Positions 14,537 through 28,593 of a stretch of DNA of 64,000 bases are shown piece by piece. The notes under the pieces were generated by a model that was not told where the DNA came from, made no database searches, and saw only the letters and a program-made list of their open reading frames with translations. The translations under genes and the position numbers were made by a program. The stretch is from Eledone cirrhosa (Eukaryota): NCBI GenBank assembly GCA_964016885.1, contig OZ024742.1, positions 185,380,001 through 185,444,000 of the forward strand, written 5' to 3'. Position 1 is the stretch's first letter; every line of letters starts with the position of its first letter.

Positions 14537-14968
14537 CAGTATATAACCAAAGGTTTATATGGTTCGTTGATTATTCAACGAATTCATTTTTACAACAGAT
14601 TAGAAGCACTGGACAGCTTTATCTAGAGTATCCTTAATATTTAAAATATTAATAAATGAGAAATACTTTCACATAACCAAGGTATATATTTTATTATATA
14701 TATTTCAGGGGTACAGTGGTTTTGAGTACGCTTTCATCAGATAAAACACAAGAAATTGGTTTTTCGACATACCTCAACGGTCTTGAACCTTCAATCCCTA
14801 TAGTGGCAGGGTCAAGGAAGGATCAAGACCATATCGGTATGTCGAATAACCAATTTCTTGTGTTTTATCTGATGAAAGCGTACTCCAAAACCACTGTACT
14901 TCTGAAATATATATAATAAAATATATACTTTGGTTATGTGAAAGTATTTCTCATTTATTAATATTTTG

Positions 14969-14973
<5 letters not shown>
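14537..14973. mobile_element. Fold-back PLE terminus with a hammerhead on each strand (+14859-14925, -14685-14750)
   Basis: Inverted arms ~14638-14795 / 14817-14973; UGUGUUUUAU-CUGAUGA-..GUAC..GUAC..-GAAA-UAUAUA-UA-AUAAAAUAUA. Confidence 0.82.
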
Positions 14974-15009
<36 letters not shown>

Positions 15010-15171
15010 CATTATCGGAGAAAGCTTTTAGCGATACTCCGGCCAAATTCCAGCTCACTCAACAAACATTAGGAAATAAGTGAGTATATTCCTGTTCGGG
15101 GTGCTAACTAAATGTATTATGTGGAAAATTGGCCGTATTATTTCATATGAGACATATCGAATATATCTCTT

Positions 15172-15297
15172 CCCAGACGGACGTCTCGTTTCATTATAAG
15201 ATTCCTACAATTTGGGTGAAATTATACCAATTTATGTAGGAGCTTGTATAGGATCAACAGATAATATTCATGTGGGCTCTTATAATTCATCAGTGGG
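15172..15297 (-). ncRNA. Hammerhead with branched stem II (in element ~15010-15535)
   Basis: CCCA-CUGAUGA-AUUAUAAGA...UCUUAUAAU-GAAA-CG(agacguc)CG-UC-UGGG. Confidence 0.85.
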
Positions 15298-15544
15298 TGC
15301 CCAATAATACTAATATTGATAATCTAACCAATATCAGTATTTAGCGATAATCACCATCAGTGCTTGAGGTATCTGTTAGGTTGCTACTCCAGCAGTTCTA
15401 AAGAAATACTCAAACTGATTCAAAAGTGAGGAAGTAAATTACCGCCAAAAAAACAATACATGCGCAGGACAATGAATTCTAAAAGGAATTCAGGCCACGT
15501 GCTAGAACTCAATTGTAATTTGAAAAAATATCCATATATATATA

Positions 15545-15916
15545 TAACGATATTAAACAAATGGAAACTACATTTATAAAACCATATTTATTTCATTATA
15601 TATATTTCAGGGATATCATATTAAAAATATGGTATGCCCTCTTCAGACAAAATACAATATATAAACAGTTTTATAAATAAATTTGACATACCTTGAAAAA
15701 AAAACTGTTTATATATTGTATTTTGTCTGAAGAGGGCATACCATATTTTTAATATGATATCCCTGAAATATATATAATGAAATAAATATGGTTTTATAAA
15801 TGTAGTTTCCATTTGTTTAATATCGTAAAATACTCCAAAATCTGTTGAGTGCTTTTATATCAGTTATAAAATATTTACTCGTTGTAACCCAACAATTTTA
15901 AATAAAATGTTTGCAC

Positions 15917-15917
<1 letters not shown>
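15545..15917. mobile_element. Fold-back PLE terminus with two hammerheads (+15719-15784, -15589-15655)
   Basis: Arms 15545-15672 / 15701-15827; UAUUUUGU-CUGAAGA-GGG..CAUAUU(uuu)AAUAUG..CCCU-GAAA-UAUAUA-UA-AUGAAAUA. A further inverted 3' end lies at 16041-16140. Confidence 0.85.
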
Positions 15918-15949
<32 letters not shown>

Positions 15950-15950
<1 letters not shown>

Positions 15951-16025
15951 GATCGTCAAGTATGAAATTTGTAGAAATTTGTAGAAAAAAATAAATTTGT
16001 ACAAATTTCATACTTGACGACCCAA
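15950..16025. mobile_element. Palindromic mariner-type MITE, third copy
   Basis: Same TIR as 13968-14048. Confidence 0.75.
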
Positions 16026-16138
16026 TATATATATATATATGCAAAGTTTTATTTAAATTGTTGGGTCACAACGAATAAATATTTATAACTGATATAAAAG
16101 CACTCAACAAGTAAATACTTGTTGAGTGATTTAATATC

Positions 16139-16222
<84 letters not shown>

Positions 16223-16352
16223 TAAGAGTGGTATGCTCACGCGCGGAGATCCTATAAAATAACTTTAAAATAGGGTGGAAACTCTTAAAGACGGAAACAG
16301 AAGTTGTCATTGGCCGCTACAAGGAATCGATCGCCTTAACTCCCAGATATCG

Positions 16353-16392
<40 letters not shown>

Positions 16393-16959
16393 TTAAAAAC
16401 AGCTCCCACAATCCGAAGTCCGAGTAATCCGCTAGTGATCCGGGACTCGTTGGGATTGTTGGAAGGCAGCAGTCCCAAGTGCCAGGTCCGAATTACGAGA
16501 AACGCTGCGTAAACGTGGATAATATGATAGAAAATGACACACACATGGATACAAAAACAATTAGAGTTATTAGGTTCATGCTTTGGATGTAGGAGAGAAA
16601 AGAACTTCAACATGTCGGACGATAGTCCTTCGTCAGTAGAGTAAAAGTTGATAAATTAGAAAATGAAAAAAATAGAAAAAGGTGTGTATCACCGTATATA
16701 TTGGTGGAATGGTCAATACATTGTTTGTGATGGTGACTCAATGTGCCTGGCTATATCAACATTGTATATGTGTGTATTTTGTCAGAGTATGTATCAAATA
16801 TAGAAGAAATTATTAGTGACAAGTATGTATCTGTTCATTATGTATCCGTTCATTAAAAACAAACAAAATTCAACTTTGATTGTGTGTGTGTGTGTGTGTG
16901 TAGAAAACAAAGCAGGCCCTTCAAGACATAGTTGATGTCTGTAGAGGAAGACCAGGCTC

Positions 16960-17365
16960 CTATAAAGAAGGAAAAAAGAAAGAAAGAAAAAAAAGAAAGT
17001 ATAAAAGAAAGAAGAAAAAAAAGAAAAAAAGAGGAAAAAAGAAAAAAGAAAAAAGAAAAGAAGGAAAAAGAAAAGAAAGAAAAAGGAAAAAGGAAGAAAG
17101 AAGGAAAAAGGAAAAGAAGAAAGAAAAAGAAAAAAGAAAGAAAAAAAGAAAAAGGAAAAGAATAAAAATAAAAACATAAACAAAAATATAAAAAAAATAA
17201 AAAATGGGAAAAAGAAAAGAAAAAGAAAAAGAAGAAAAAGAAAAAAAAAAAAGAAAAAAAGAAAAAAAGAAAAAAAAGAAAAAAAGAAAAAAAAGAAAAA
17301 AAAGAAAAAAAGAAAAAAAGAAAAAAAAGAAAAAAAGAAAAAAAGAAAAAAAAGGAAAATAAAAG
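16960..17365. repeat. Purine-rich (A)nG low-complexity tract
   Basis: Almost only A and G. Confidence 0.95.
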
Positions 17366-17862
17366 TAGATATTTCTGCCAGCCACCAATAAATTAACTCA
17401 ACAAGGCAAGAATGTCACATAGAAAAGTAAGAATCTTGCATATGGCTGCGATAATAATTTCAGGTTTTATTCTGTTTCATGTTATTATTTGGCTTTTCCT
17501 TTTACTTTAATTCACTTTCTTTATATTCGGTGCCATTTTATATACCTAAAGCGAAACATCCCCTCATGAATGAAAGGCAAAGCTAGCGATGAATTTGGAA
17601 TGAATTGGAAAATAATAATTTGCATATCAATATAACGACATTGATAACAATCTATAAATTTGTAGATATAGTCAACTGTATTTACATCGATATTTCACCG
17701 GAACTTATTCCATTGCCCAAAGGCGAATGAAAAGCAAAGTAAACTAAAGCAGGATTATATCTCACAATAACGACCCATCTATGAACCTGAAACACTTGAC
17801 GGAGCCATTGGAGAATTTAAACGCGGCGGAGCCCATACCTCTCTAAGTCTGAACACAATCGG

Positions 17863-17967
<105 letters not shown>

Positions 17968-19346
17968 GATCCCAATACAGGACTGGTATTTTATTTATCG
18001 TAAAGCAATGTTGACCTCGGCGAGGTTTGAAATCAAGTAGAAGGAAGCCGGACCGAATACCTCAAAGCCTTCGATCCGACTTTCTAACGGCTATGCCTAT
18101 TTGACACTTCAACAACAATAAAGATATATCCAACTAACAGCATTATGTCTTGTGCCCTATTGTTTCTAAACTCACATATAAATCAATATACATATTTTGA
18201 CGTCAGTTTTTCAAATTTAATTGACACAAAATATTTATTACTATTGTGGATATTTTTTCAAATCTATTGCCTAAACAGTGAAGGTGCGTTGCTTATAGGT
18301 TAGTGTTCGGTTCACGTGAGTTCGATACTCGACGACACATTGTGTCCTTAAGTAAGACACTTTATTTTACGTTGCTCTAATCATTCTCTTTTTTTATTTT
18401 TTTTTTATTTTTGCTCTTGCTCAACGAGGTCGGAGTATTCTTAAGCCAGCGATCCCAAAGCATCGTCGTGCGTAGAGCTGCGTGAACTGCTCTAATCCGC
18501 CTAAAATGAATTTTACCTGTAATTTAAAGGCTCAACCTTGTTACACTATGTGTCACGCTGAATCCCCTTGAACTATCCGTTAAGGGTGCACGTATTTTTG
18601 GAATGCTCAAACATTCACTTACACGTTGATTCCACGAGCAAGCTGTTACGTTGTTTGAACAACTAGAGCATTGGTGTGTTGAAAATAACAAACTGACCCA
18701 GTGGGGATTACAAGAATTCTAGCAATTGTTAGATATTAACAAGCGTTAATTGTCAGCAAACTAATCAGTTGTCAGCTGTTGTCGGTCATTGTAAATTAAT
18801 CGTATGTCTCAGCACGTTTGACCAGCTGTTATCAGCTCTTATTGTCACCTGTTATTGTTTGCCATTTACACCGTTTAACGAACTAAAGCAACCAACTGTT
18901 ACTTCTGTTTCCATTTTGTCAATAATTATGCATAGTTTAGCCCGGTTAGGACGTTAGAACGTTGGAAAGAACACTTTGCGATATTCATTTTGACTTTCTA
19001 CTCTCTTAGTTCAATTCCAGCCGAGGTCAACTTTGCCATTCAAAGTCGATAAAAAACATACCAGTCAAGTACAGGAATGAATTTCTTCTCTGTATCTCTT
19101 TCTCACATCCATTCTCCAGCTCTCTATCTTTCTCTGGAAGTAATCTGCTGTAATCAGACCTAGAAAGAATTGAGCACCGCCAGGTTTTAAAATGCCCTAT
19201 GAACGCCGTATATTAATACGGTGCCTCAACGATTCCTTCAGAAGTGACGGGAACATGCATGCCTTCCTTATTGCTTTCTGTCATTTGACTGCGACCATGC
19301 TGAGTCACTGCCAAGAAGAGATTTAGTCATTCATATCGATCCAGTA

Positions 19347-19408
<62 letters not shown>

Positions 19409-19630
19409 GGTGATGTGGATAGACCCGTTTTTCTCAGGAAATTTTTTTTCGTGCCTGCCACAGCCAGTTCTCATCTATCTATTTATTTCTTTAATTTCTC
19501 ATTCTATTTTCTAATGAAGGACTCGCGTCCGAAAAGTTAAGACTGCTTTCCTGCTATATCGAGCATAAAACTAATAATATATTTATTTATTGTACTGTAT
19601 CGTTTGCTTTGTTGTTTCTGTTTGCCTTTT

Positions 19631-19807
<177 letters not shown>

Positions 19808-20210
19808 CATGAATAGCTATGCGTATATATCTATATGCATGCGTGTGTGTGTGTGTGCATATATATATGCGAGTATATGTGTATTAGAATGTATGTATTC
19901 AAGCTCGATAAAAAAGTACTACTCTAGTACTGGAATCAACTCTTCCCCCAAATATCTTGTGCGTATATATGTATACGTGTGTGTGTGTGTGTGTGTGGGT
20001 GTAAATTTCATACACTATATTTTCGTTAATGCATGCATCCACACCGATCAGCGCATACTTATGTATGAGCCTAAATCGGAAAACATTACTATTAATGTTT
20101 TCATTATTATTATTCTTGTGCCAATAGTAGAAATAATAATTATTATTATCAATAATTTTACATACCTACACATAATTACACATGTATAAACACGCTATAT
20201 ATATATATAT

Positions 20211-20247
<37 letters not shown>

Positions 20248-20264
20248 TTATATATATATATATT

Positions 20265-20830
20265 ATATCGAGTCACACTTGAATGCTACTGGTAACATGT
20301 ATCCCAGTACAACCTGTCGCATGGTCGGGTCGTCGGCGACTAAACCGGCAACTACACCAAGTTTACTTGGTGAGGAGGGGGATTTTGAACACCCTGCAGG
20401 ACAAAAAATAAAACCTGACAGAGGGCGGAAGAACACATAAGAGTCAACGGCCATCCAAAGGTGTGTAAATATGTACATGTACATATGTATGTATATGTAT
20501 ATGTGGTGCATGTGAATGTATATATACATGGGTGCATGTGTATATATATGCGCGGGGACATAGAAATAGTCGGGCTGGACACCCGATCGCGCAGTTAAAC
20601 CACTGGGAGTGAAGGACCCCTAGCCTTTGTCAGGGCATTCTTCGAGGAGAAGGCAACTCAGGAAACTGGGATAACTCCGATATAAAACCTGCGGCTCAGT
20701 AGTTACCGATGAAGTTGATCTTTTCTTCTTTTCGGGTTATAGCTACTGTCGCTCAGAGAGTGGGATTGGCTCAGTGCACAGTCTTTCCTCTCTTTAAAAA
20801 ATATCTTCACGTACAGGCATTGCACGATAG
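20265..20830 (+). mobile_element. Probable RTE-LINE 5'-UTR-like repeat
   Basis: Homologous to 46630-46820 (+) and 60790-61079 (-); the last is fused to an RTE 3' end. Confidence 0.5.
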
Positions 20831-20837
20831 AATTAAT

Positions 20838-21025
20838 TAATTGTTTCTACTTCTGGCACAAGGCCAGAAATTATCCCAGTTTATTACTGGTACATTATAT
20901 TATCGACCCCGTAAGGATGAAAGGCAAAGTTAACCTCGGCGGGATTTGAACTCAGTCCGTAAAGGGACGTAACTGTGCTACAAAGCATGGCGTCCGACCC
21001 TCTACCGATACTGGCAATCCACCGC
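20838..21025 (-). mobile_element. Meta-SINE (also minus at 23092-23280, 32555-32710, 38885-39070, 63398-63580)
   Basis: Reverse complement of the Meta-SINE consensus seen at 34250. Confidence 0.85.
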
Positions 21026-21027
21026 AC

Positions 21028-21063
<36 letters not shown>

Positions 21064-21076
21064 GTGTATACATGTG

Positions 21077-21258
<182 letters not shown>

Positions 21259-21339
21259 TGTTCGTGTATACATGTGTAATTATGTATATAAATATGTATG
21301 TGTATATGTATAAATATGTATGTATATATGTACATGTCT

Positions 21340-21370
<31 letters not shown>

Positions 21371-21419
21371 GGTATGTAAAATGACTGATAATAATAATAA
21401 TGTAAACATTAATAGTAAT

Positions 21420-21470
<51 letters not shown>

Positions 21471-21568
21471 TATATATATAAATGAAAAGTATAGAAATTG
21501 TTGTAGCGAGAAGCTAACTGTATTCCATAACATATATAAATATATATATGTATATATATATATATTTA

Positions 21569-22212
21569 CTAGCAGTGGTACCCGGCGTTGCACGGGGTAA
21601 AGTATTTTGGAACGCGGGCCGCCAACAGACTTAATCGTGGAAAAACTGCATTCCTGGACAATATGTAAAGAAAATAAACCGAATACTCTGATGGCTGGAT
21701 AATCTTTAAGATTTTCCTCGATGAAGCAGGAAAAAGCAGGTTTTCACCTAATGCGGGCCCTAGGGGATCAAGGAAATGAATTTTTTTTATGTGCATAATA
21801 TGCCTTGAAATTTCGGGAAAATCGGCTGGACGAAACGCCTCAAAGGGACCCTAAAAAGCTGAAAAAATGAAGTTTTTCAACTAATGCGGGCCTTAGGCCA
21901 TAAAAAAAGTTTGATTTTCTTTGCTCACGGTATGAAGAAGAGACTGACTAATACATAGTTACAATTTCAAGGAAATCAGTCTGACGTAACGCCTCAAAAT
22001 ACCCCTAAAAAGATTGAAAAACGCAGTTTTTCTCCTAATGCGGGCCCTAGGGGATCAAAAAGTTAAATTTTATGTGCATAACACTCCCTGAAACATAAGT
22101 AATACACATGTAAAGTTTGAAAAATATCGGTTGGGTACTTCTGGAGTTTAGGGATTGAAACTCACAGACGCACACACACACAGACAGACATCCTCAGTTT
22201 TATATATATAGA
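21569..22212 (-). mobile_element. Non-autonomous Helitron
   Basis: Minus strand starts TCTATATATATAAAA and ends with hairpin CCCGTGCAACGCCGGG + CTAG|T; three internal ~135-bp repeats. Confidence 0.8.
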
Positions 22213-22715
22213 CTAGCAGAAAACCCCCGGTGAGCGGTTTTCTGCTAGCAAATCTAGTGTATATACTGATATTGTCGAGATGTGGATGAGAAATTTTTCG
22301 GCACCACATGTCCACCGTCTCTCGGTGTGTCTTTTATGCATGTATAAATATATATGTTATCTACACGGTGAAATCTTTGAAATAAATATATGTTAAAACG
22401 AAAAAGGAGAAAAAGAGATTAGTGACGGAAATATAAACGTTATGATACATAAACGTTATGATATAACGATGGAAATATATCTTCAAATGGTCCTTGGCAT
22501 GGTGTCAAGTCAGAACCGCGTCGAACTGGTTACTTCTGGCTTGTGCAAGGTGTCTCTATAGCAACCAGCGATTCCCTCGGCCTCAGTGACCAAAGTCAGT
22601 GGAGAGGGGAAGGTAATGTTTCTAGAGCGACAGTGTTTCTCTTGGTAGTACCAAAGTGGAGAAAGTAAGAGGAAGGTAATATTTCTGTATCACCTACATT
22701 TGAGTTTTAGGGAAG

Positions 22716-22749
<34 letters not shown>

Positions 22750-22767
22750 GAAATGCCCATATATTTC

Positions 22768-22818
<51 letters not shown>

Positions 22819-24518
22819 CACACACAAAAATGTATATATATTTCTGTGTGTGTATATATATATATATATTACACACACAGAAATGTATATATATTTCTGT
22901 GTGTATATATATATATTTCTGTGTGTGTATATATATATATATTACACACACAGAAATGTATATATATTTCTTAGAACAAAATTTTTATTAATGTTTTGCT
23001 GTTCATAACAATTGGAATTGAAAAATTACTTTTGAAATTATTAGTTATTTTACTCATGCTTAGATATGTAAAAATGAAGCAATGTTTCTAATAATTGTTT
23101 CTACTTTTGGCACAAGGCCAGCAATTACCCAGTACATTACTGGTACTTTATTTTATCGACCCCGTGAGGATGAAAGGCAAAGTTAACCTCGGCGGTATTT
23201 GAACTCAGACCGTAAAGGGACGTAACTCCATGCTATGAAGCATGGTGTCCGACTCTACAGATTCTGCCAATCCACCGCCCTAATGTCTGTACGTAATGAG
23301 GGGGTGAGATGGGAGAGAAAGAAAGGCAGAAGTGAAGTGACGAAGTGACTCTCTCCTCCTCCTCCATCTCCCCATTCGTCACAGCGATAGAGGGGAGGAA
23401 TGTTAGTGTGTTACAAAGAGAAAGAGTGAGAGTGAGAGAAACAGACAGACTAAAAAAGAGGGATAGCTGGAGAGAGAGAGAGAGATAGCAACCACGTGTT
23501 TCCACTGTCGGACAGACAGACAGATAAATTGCTGGTTATATATTATAAGGAGACTAGCAGAAAACCACCCGGTGGGCGGTTTTCTGCTAGCAAATCTAGT
23601 GTATATACTGATATTGTGAGATTTGGATGAGAAATGTTTTCGGCACCACATGTTCATCGTCTCTCGGTGTGTCTTTTATGCATGTATAAATATATATGTT
23701 ATCTATACGGTGAAATCTTTGAAATAAATATATGTTAAAACAAAAAAAGGAGAAAATAAATAACTGGCGGTTAGAAAAAAATATTCCTATGAAATTTTAA
23801 TCATACCATTAGGTGTGAATAAGGAAATATTTTTTTATTGTCAAAACAAATGTTCAAAAGTTAAACTTCAATTTTTTGAATTATTTCCAATTTTTTCATG
23901 AAATTGAACACTGGACATTGGCTGCTGGAAATGGAAATTAAATCGTATTTAATTGTATTTAAATTTCTAACCTTATTTTATTATTTATATTTTTTCAATA
24001 AGAAATAAAAAAAAAACAACAAAAAAATTGAAGAAAAAAATTGAACAAATCAAACGTAGGTTATGGAACTGCGCAATCTGATTAATAAATTACCTCATCA
24101 GCAGCAACCTTCTTCAAATGGTCCTTATTTTCAGCAGCAACAACCACAAATTCAATGGCAACCTTCTTCAAACCACAAATTCAATGGCAACCTTCTTCGC
24201 ATGGTGTCAAGTCAGAACCGCCTCGAACTGGTTACTTCTGGCTTGTGCAAGGTGTCTCTATAGCAACCAGCGATTCCCTCGGCCTCAGTGACCAAAGTCA
24301 GTGGAGAGGGGAAGGTAATGTTTCTATAAAGGAAGGGGAAGGTAATATTTCTGTAGCACGTGTTTTAGCGTCTATTCACCCTCTCTCTCTCTCTCTCTCC
24401 CTCCCGCTATCCCCCTCTCGTAGTCTGTCTCTTTCTTTCACTCTCACTCTCTCTCTACGCACGTGTTTCACTGTCGGACAGACAGACAGAGAAATTGCTG
24501 GTTATATATATAAGTAGA
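22213..24518 (-). mobile_element. Two tandem non-autonomous Helitrons (22213-23552, 23553-24518)
   Basis: Each has 5'-TC, (CTGT)n near the 5' end and a 3' hairpin + CTAG; they share internal sequence (22213-22400 / 23553-23750; 22480-22695 / 24110-24355). Confidence 0.75.
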
Positions 24519-25120
24519 TATAAAGTTCTATTTCTGTCTCTTTGTTTGTTCACGAACTCCTCCTATGGTTTTGGAGATAGACCCCCGTAACCTTATATAT
24601 TCTGGGTACTAAGTATATTTCATTTTAATCTAACTGTTCCCCGGGAGCACAAACCCGGTGAAGACTCCCGCTGAAAATGTTTTCGCTTCGATTTATATGA
24701 AATTTTAACCATAGGTAAATGACAAGATATGATGCCGATTCGCAAAATTTCAGCAAATTTCAATAATATTAAGACACCCTAATGGGGGTTAAACCCCCTA
24801 TTAGAGTTCCCCGAGGCACAAACCCTCGCTGAAAATGTTTTCCGTTCGATTAATATGAAATTTCAACCATAGATATGATGCCTATTCACAAAAGTTTTGA
24901 ATTGTTATTTTGAAATAAATTATTTACAAGAAACAAAATAAGATTTAATAATGTAATTTTGATTTGATATATTACAAAAAATAATGTTTTCCAATTTTTC
25001 ATGCATTACATTTTACATTGAGTAATATTGAAATGCAGAGTTTTTCTCCATAAATTATACCACTGATTTAAAATCAATCATCATTTTCTTACAAAAAAAA
25101 AGCGCGGGTAATTCGGCTAG
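24519..25120 (+). mobile_element. Non-autonomous Helitron-like element
   Basis: Starts TATAAAGTTCTATTTCTGTCTCTTTGTTTGTT and ends GCGCGGGTAATTCGGCTAG|T. Confidence 0.6.
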
Positions 25121-25180
25121 TATATATATATATATATATATAAACATTACTATTAATGTTTTCATTAGTATTGCTATCAG

Positions 25181-25560
25181 TGGCGGTGGATTGGCAGTAT
25201 CGGTAGAGGGTCGGACTCCATGCTTTGCAGCAAAGAGTTACGGCCCTTTATGGTCTAAGTTCAAATCCCGCCGAGGTTAACTTTGCCTTTCATCCTTACG
25301 TGGTCGATAAAATAAAGTACCAGTAATGCATTGGGATAATTGCTGGCCTTGTGCCTAAAGTAGAAACAATTATTATTTGGATTGGCAGTATCGGTAGAGG
25401 GTCGGACGCAATGCTTTAATGCATAGAGTTACGGCCCTTGCCATTCTGAGTTCAAACCCCGCCGAGGTTGACTTTGCTTTCATCCTTACTGGGTCGATAA
25501 AATAAAGTACCAGTAATGTACTGGGTAATTGCTGGCCTTGTGCCAAAAGTAGAAACAATT
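25181..25560 (+). mobile_element. Tandem Meta-SINE pair (similar clusters at 35455-35755, 38340-38745, 45333-45735; single copy at 34250-34440)
   Basis: Two consecutive ~185-bp units joined in the ATT tail. Confidence 0.88.
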
Positions 25561-25629
25561 ATCAGTCATTTTACATACCTATACATATATATAATGATTG
25601 TTTCATCTTATCAGATGATACTTGTCTCA

Positions 25630-27080
25630 ACATATCAATCCCTCCAGCCAGTTTGTACTCTCACATGTGTGCGGAGGTGATTTTTCAATCCAACCATTGA
25701 TTTTCAAAGGTTTTCACACAAGTAATTAATGTATATCAGTATATGTACTGGGTTTATTGGATTAGGATGTGGAATTTCTTGTTGATAAACATTCATATGG
25801 CATTTTAACCTGGAAGTTGTCTAACATATCTTGCTAGAAATTTGACAAGTAGTCACATCGGGAGGTATAGGGAAATTTGCAACATAATCTGCCTGTGTCA
25901 TTGTCAGTTCATGCATTTTCATATGGTTTACCCAAACGATTTTAGAGAGAAGGACGCAATGACAGAATTTGCAATTCCAGTAATCAACATTTTCAAGTTC
26001 TACCAACTCACCCTTTTTTAGTACACGTTTTAGCTTTGCTTTATTTATTATTATTATTTTTTTCTGTTTCATGCAATAGTTTACATCCTGATTTAATTGT
26101 CTTTCTCCATTTGTTTCGATTAAGTGCTTGCTTTTCCCATTGATTTATAGCTAAACCAAGACATTTTACATTTTCCTTAATACAATCTTTATACCTTTTC
26201 TTAGGCGTATACTGTGGTCCTTTTCTTTACACAAACTCACCATAAAAGATTTCCTTTGGAAGCCTTACGTTATTCACTCGAACAAGATGCCCTATCCGGC
26301 GCATCTGGCTCTTAATAATAAGGGAACAGATTGTAAAGCAGCCCGATCTTTTTAAAACTTCAATGTCAGATGTCATGCATCTCCATTTAATACTTAGGAT
26401 CTGCCGATGTCACTTTTGATAGAATCTTTTAAGTATCTTGAAATGCCATTGGTCAGTGGTCCATGCTTTACACCCATACAACAAAACTGTAAGCAAACAC
26501 GCCTCATGCACAGTTATTTTTCTCCTCGATGTTATGACTCTCTCTGACCCTTTTCACTAATTTTCGAAAGTAGCGCTTGTCTTCTGTACTCTAATATGTA
26601 TTTCTGCATCTAACCCCCGCCCCTTGACTGTGTAATACAGAGATACACAAAAACATGCACCACTGCCAACCTAGACCCATTCGCATATATATTATATTTG
26701 GCTCAACATAAGATTCTCCTGATGCTGGGGTGTACATCACCTTGGTCTTAGTTAAGTTTGAACACATGCTTCAGAATTCATCGTGTAATGCATGTCTGCT
26801 TCAGAGTGTGCAACAAAGACCGCATCATTAGCATACAAAACCTTTCGAATTAACACATTCAATGCCACAGATTTATCATTAAACCTTCTTAAATTAAAAA
26901 CTTGCTCAGATGTTCGGAAATACGGGTTTATGTCTCGATTACAGTTTGTGGAATGTATAAGTAAGAAGAACTATTGGAAATAGTGTTGGAGCAGGACTGT
27001 CCCCTTGCTTAACACCACGGCCCACAGCAATTTGTTCCAAGAGTTTTCCAATAAATACAACCCTGGCCTTCATGTTTCGA
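25630..27080 (-). pseudogene. Highly degenerate RTE-BovB-like LINE 3' half
   Basis: Remnants GRGVKQG..PAPTLF, YAD, LLYGCKAWT, C-terminal CKFCHCVLLSK...NHMKMH; colinear with 54255-56095. Confidence 0.75.
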
Positions 27081-27139
27081 TGTAGTTATTTAGTTATTTG
27101 AAGATATATTTATATATATATACATGTATAAATAAATAA

Positions 27140-27211
<72 letters not shown>

Positions 27212-27213
<2 letters not shown>

Positions 27214-27407
27214 GTTATTCCGGGTTGAATCGGAGGTAACCACAGTAAGTAAGGTACTCAATACATTGCAGAGTATAAAAGTTTTAATATAGATAAGATT
27301 CTACAGGACTAGAACTGTTTCATTCTTTAGAAATCATCAGGAATCTGATACCTGAGATTCCTGATGATTTCTAAAGAATGAAACAGTTCTAGTCCTGTAG
27401 AATCTCA

Positions 27408-27411
<4 letters not shown>
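27212..27411. mobile_element. Fold-back HH1 insert with two hammerheads (-27295-27346, +27354-27406)
   Basis: Inverted copies of the 750-885 unit separated by a 7-nt spacer, in (TA)n. Confidence 0.88.
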
Positions 27412-27459
<48 letters not shown>

Positions 27460-27498
27460 AAATATAAAACAATAAAATCTTAGTTTAATACATTTAAT

Positions 27499-27545
27499 TG
27501 CTGACAATTGTTTCTTCCAGGCGGATGTCTGGGATCATCGGAGCA
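27499..27545 (-). ncRNA. Hammerhead-like motif with CCGAUGA core
   Basis: UGCU-CCGAUGA-UCCCAG(acauccgc)CUGGAA-GAAA-CAAUUG-UC-AGCA. Confidence 0.7.
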
Positions 27546-28593
27546 TAGAGAATGTTTAAACAGGTAATTAAAATCCTAGTCTTCAGAACATTTATATACA
27601 TACATAACTATTGCCAGTGTCATTGACATCATATAGAAAAGCAGGAGTTTCAAAGGAATGTTATGCTACAGAAAACACAGTATAAGGAGCAATGGTGAAA
27701 AGTGAAATATTGAGCATATTATATATAAAGATATTGTTTAAGGTAATACATGTGCAAAAGATACAAGCAAAAAAGATGTAAGATAAGATAGATAAAAGAT
27801 ATAGCATTGAAAAGCAGGTAATGTTAAGGGTATATAATGCAAAAGTTAATAAAATTAATAAAGGCATGCATGAGGTAAAAGTTATATAATAAGTGAAACA
27901 AGCATATTTCATATAGAATGTTAAAGCATGTTAAAAGTGTAAGAAATGTTTAACATTTTTTTAAATGGCATGCAATATCGTAGAGAGATATGTGGTGATA
28001 AAATGGATAGAAGTTATGTAAAGTATAATGCAGAAAACGTAATTAAATTAGAATGGTAATTGTCATACAAGAATTTTTATATTGGATTTCGTATATAGAT
28101 GTATATATTGGGCGTAACACAAATGAATTAACCATGGAATTTTCTTAATTTTAGATGTAATGTGTTTGAGATGTGTATAGTTTTAAAATATGTGTTTGGT
28201 AACGATAAATTCCACTGTATTACTGGCCATGTTATTATAGGAAATATATTATACAATGCATTCCTATCCTTAAATTTTCTATTAAGAAATATTAGTTTGC
28301 TTTATGTGCGAGTTCTATTAATAGTTATTGGGCGAAGTCGGAAGTTGAGAAGTCGTTAAATTCTTTTTAACTGGCTAGTACTACCCTCCATATTTATAAT
28401 TATATATAAACCATATATAAGTATAAATATTATTATTATTACTATATATATATATATATATATATACAGATATATATACACATATATACATAGAACTGCT
28501 GGACTAACAACCTAGCAGCTCCCTCAAGCACTGATGGTGATTATCGCTAAATAGTGATGTTTATTTGGTTATCAATATTAATATTATTGGGCA

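Noticed and set aside
16605-16645. Minus-strand CUGACGA-GGAC/GUCC-GACAUGUU
   Set aside because: GAAA is broken and stem I does not pair; at best a decayed HHR.
16932-17388. Lys-rich / Phe-rich ORFs
   Set aside because: Purine-rich low-complexity tract.
25181-25560. CRISPR-like repeat array
   Set aside because: Tandem ~185-bp SINEs in eukaryotic DNA; no spacers or cas genes.
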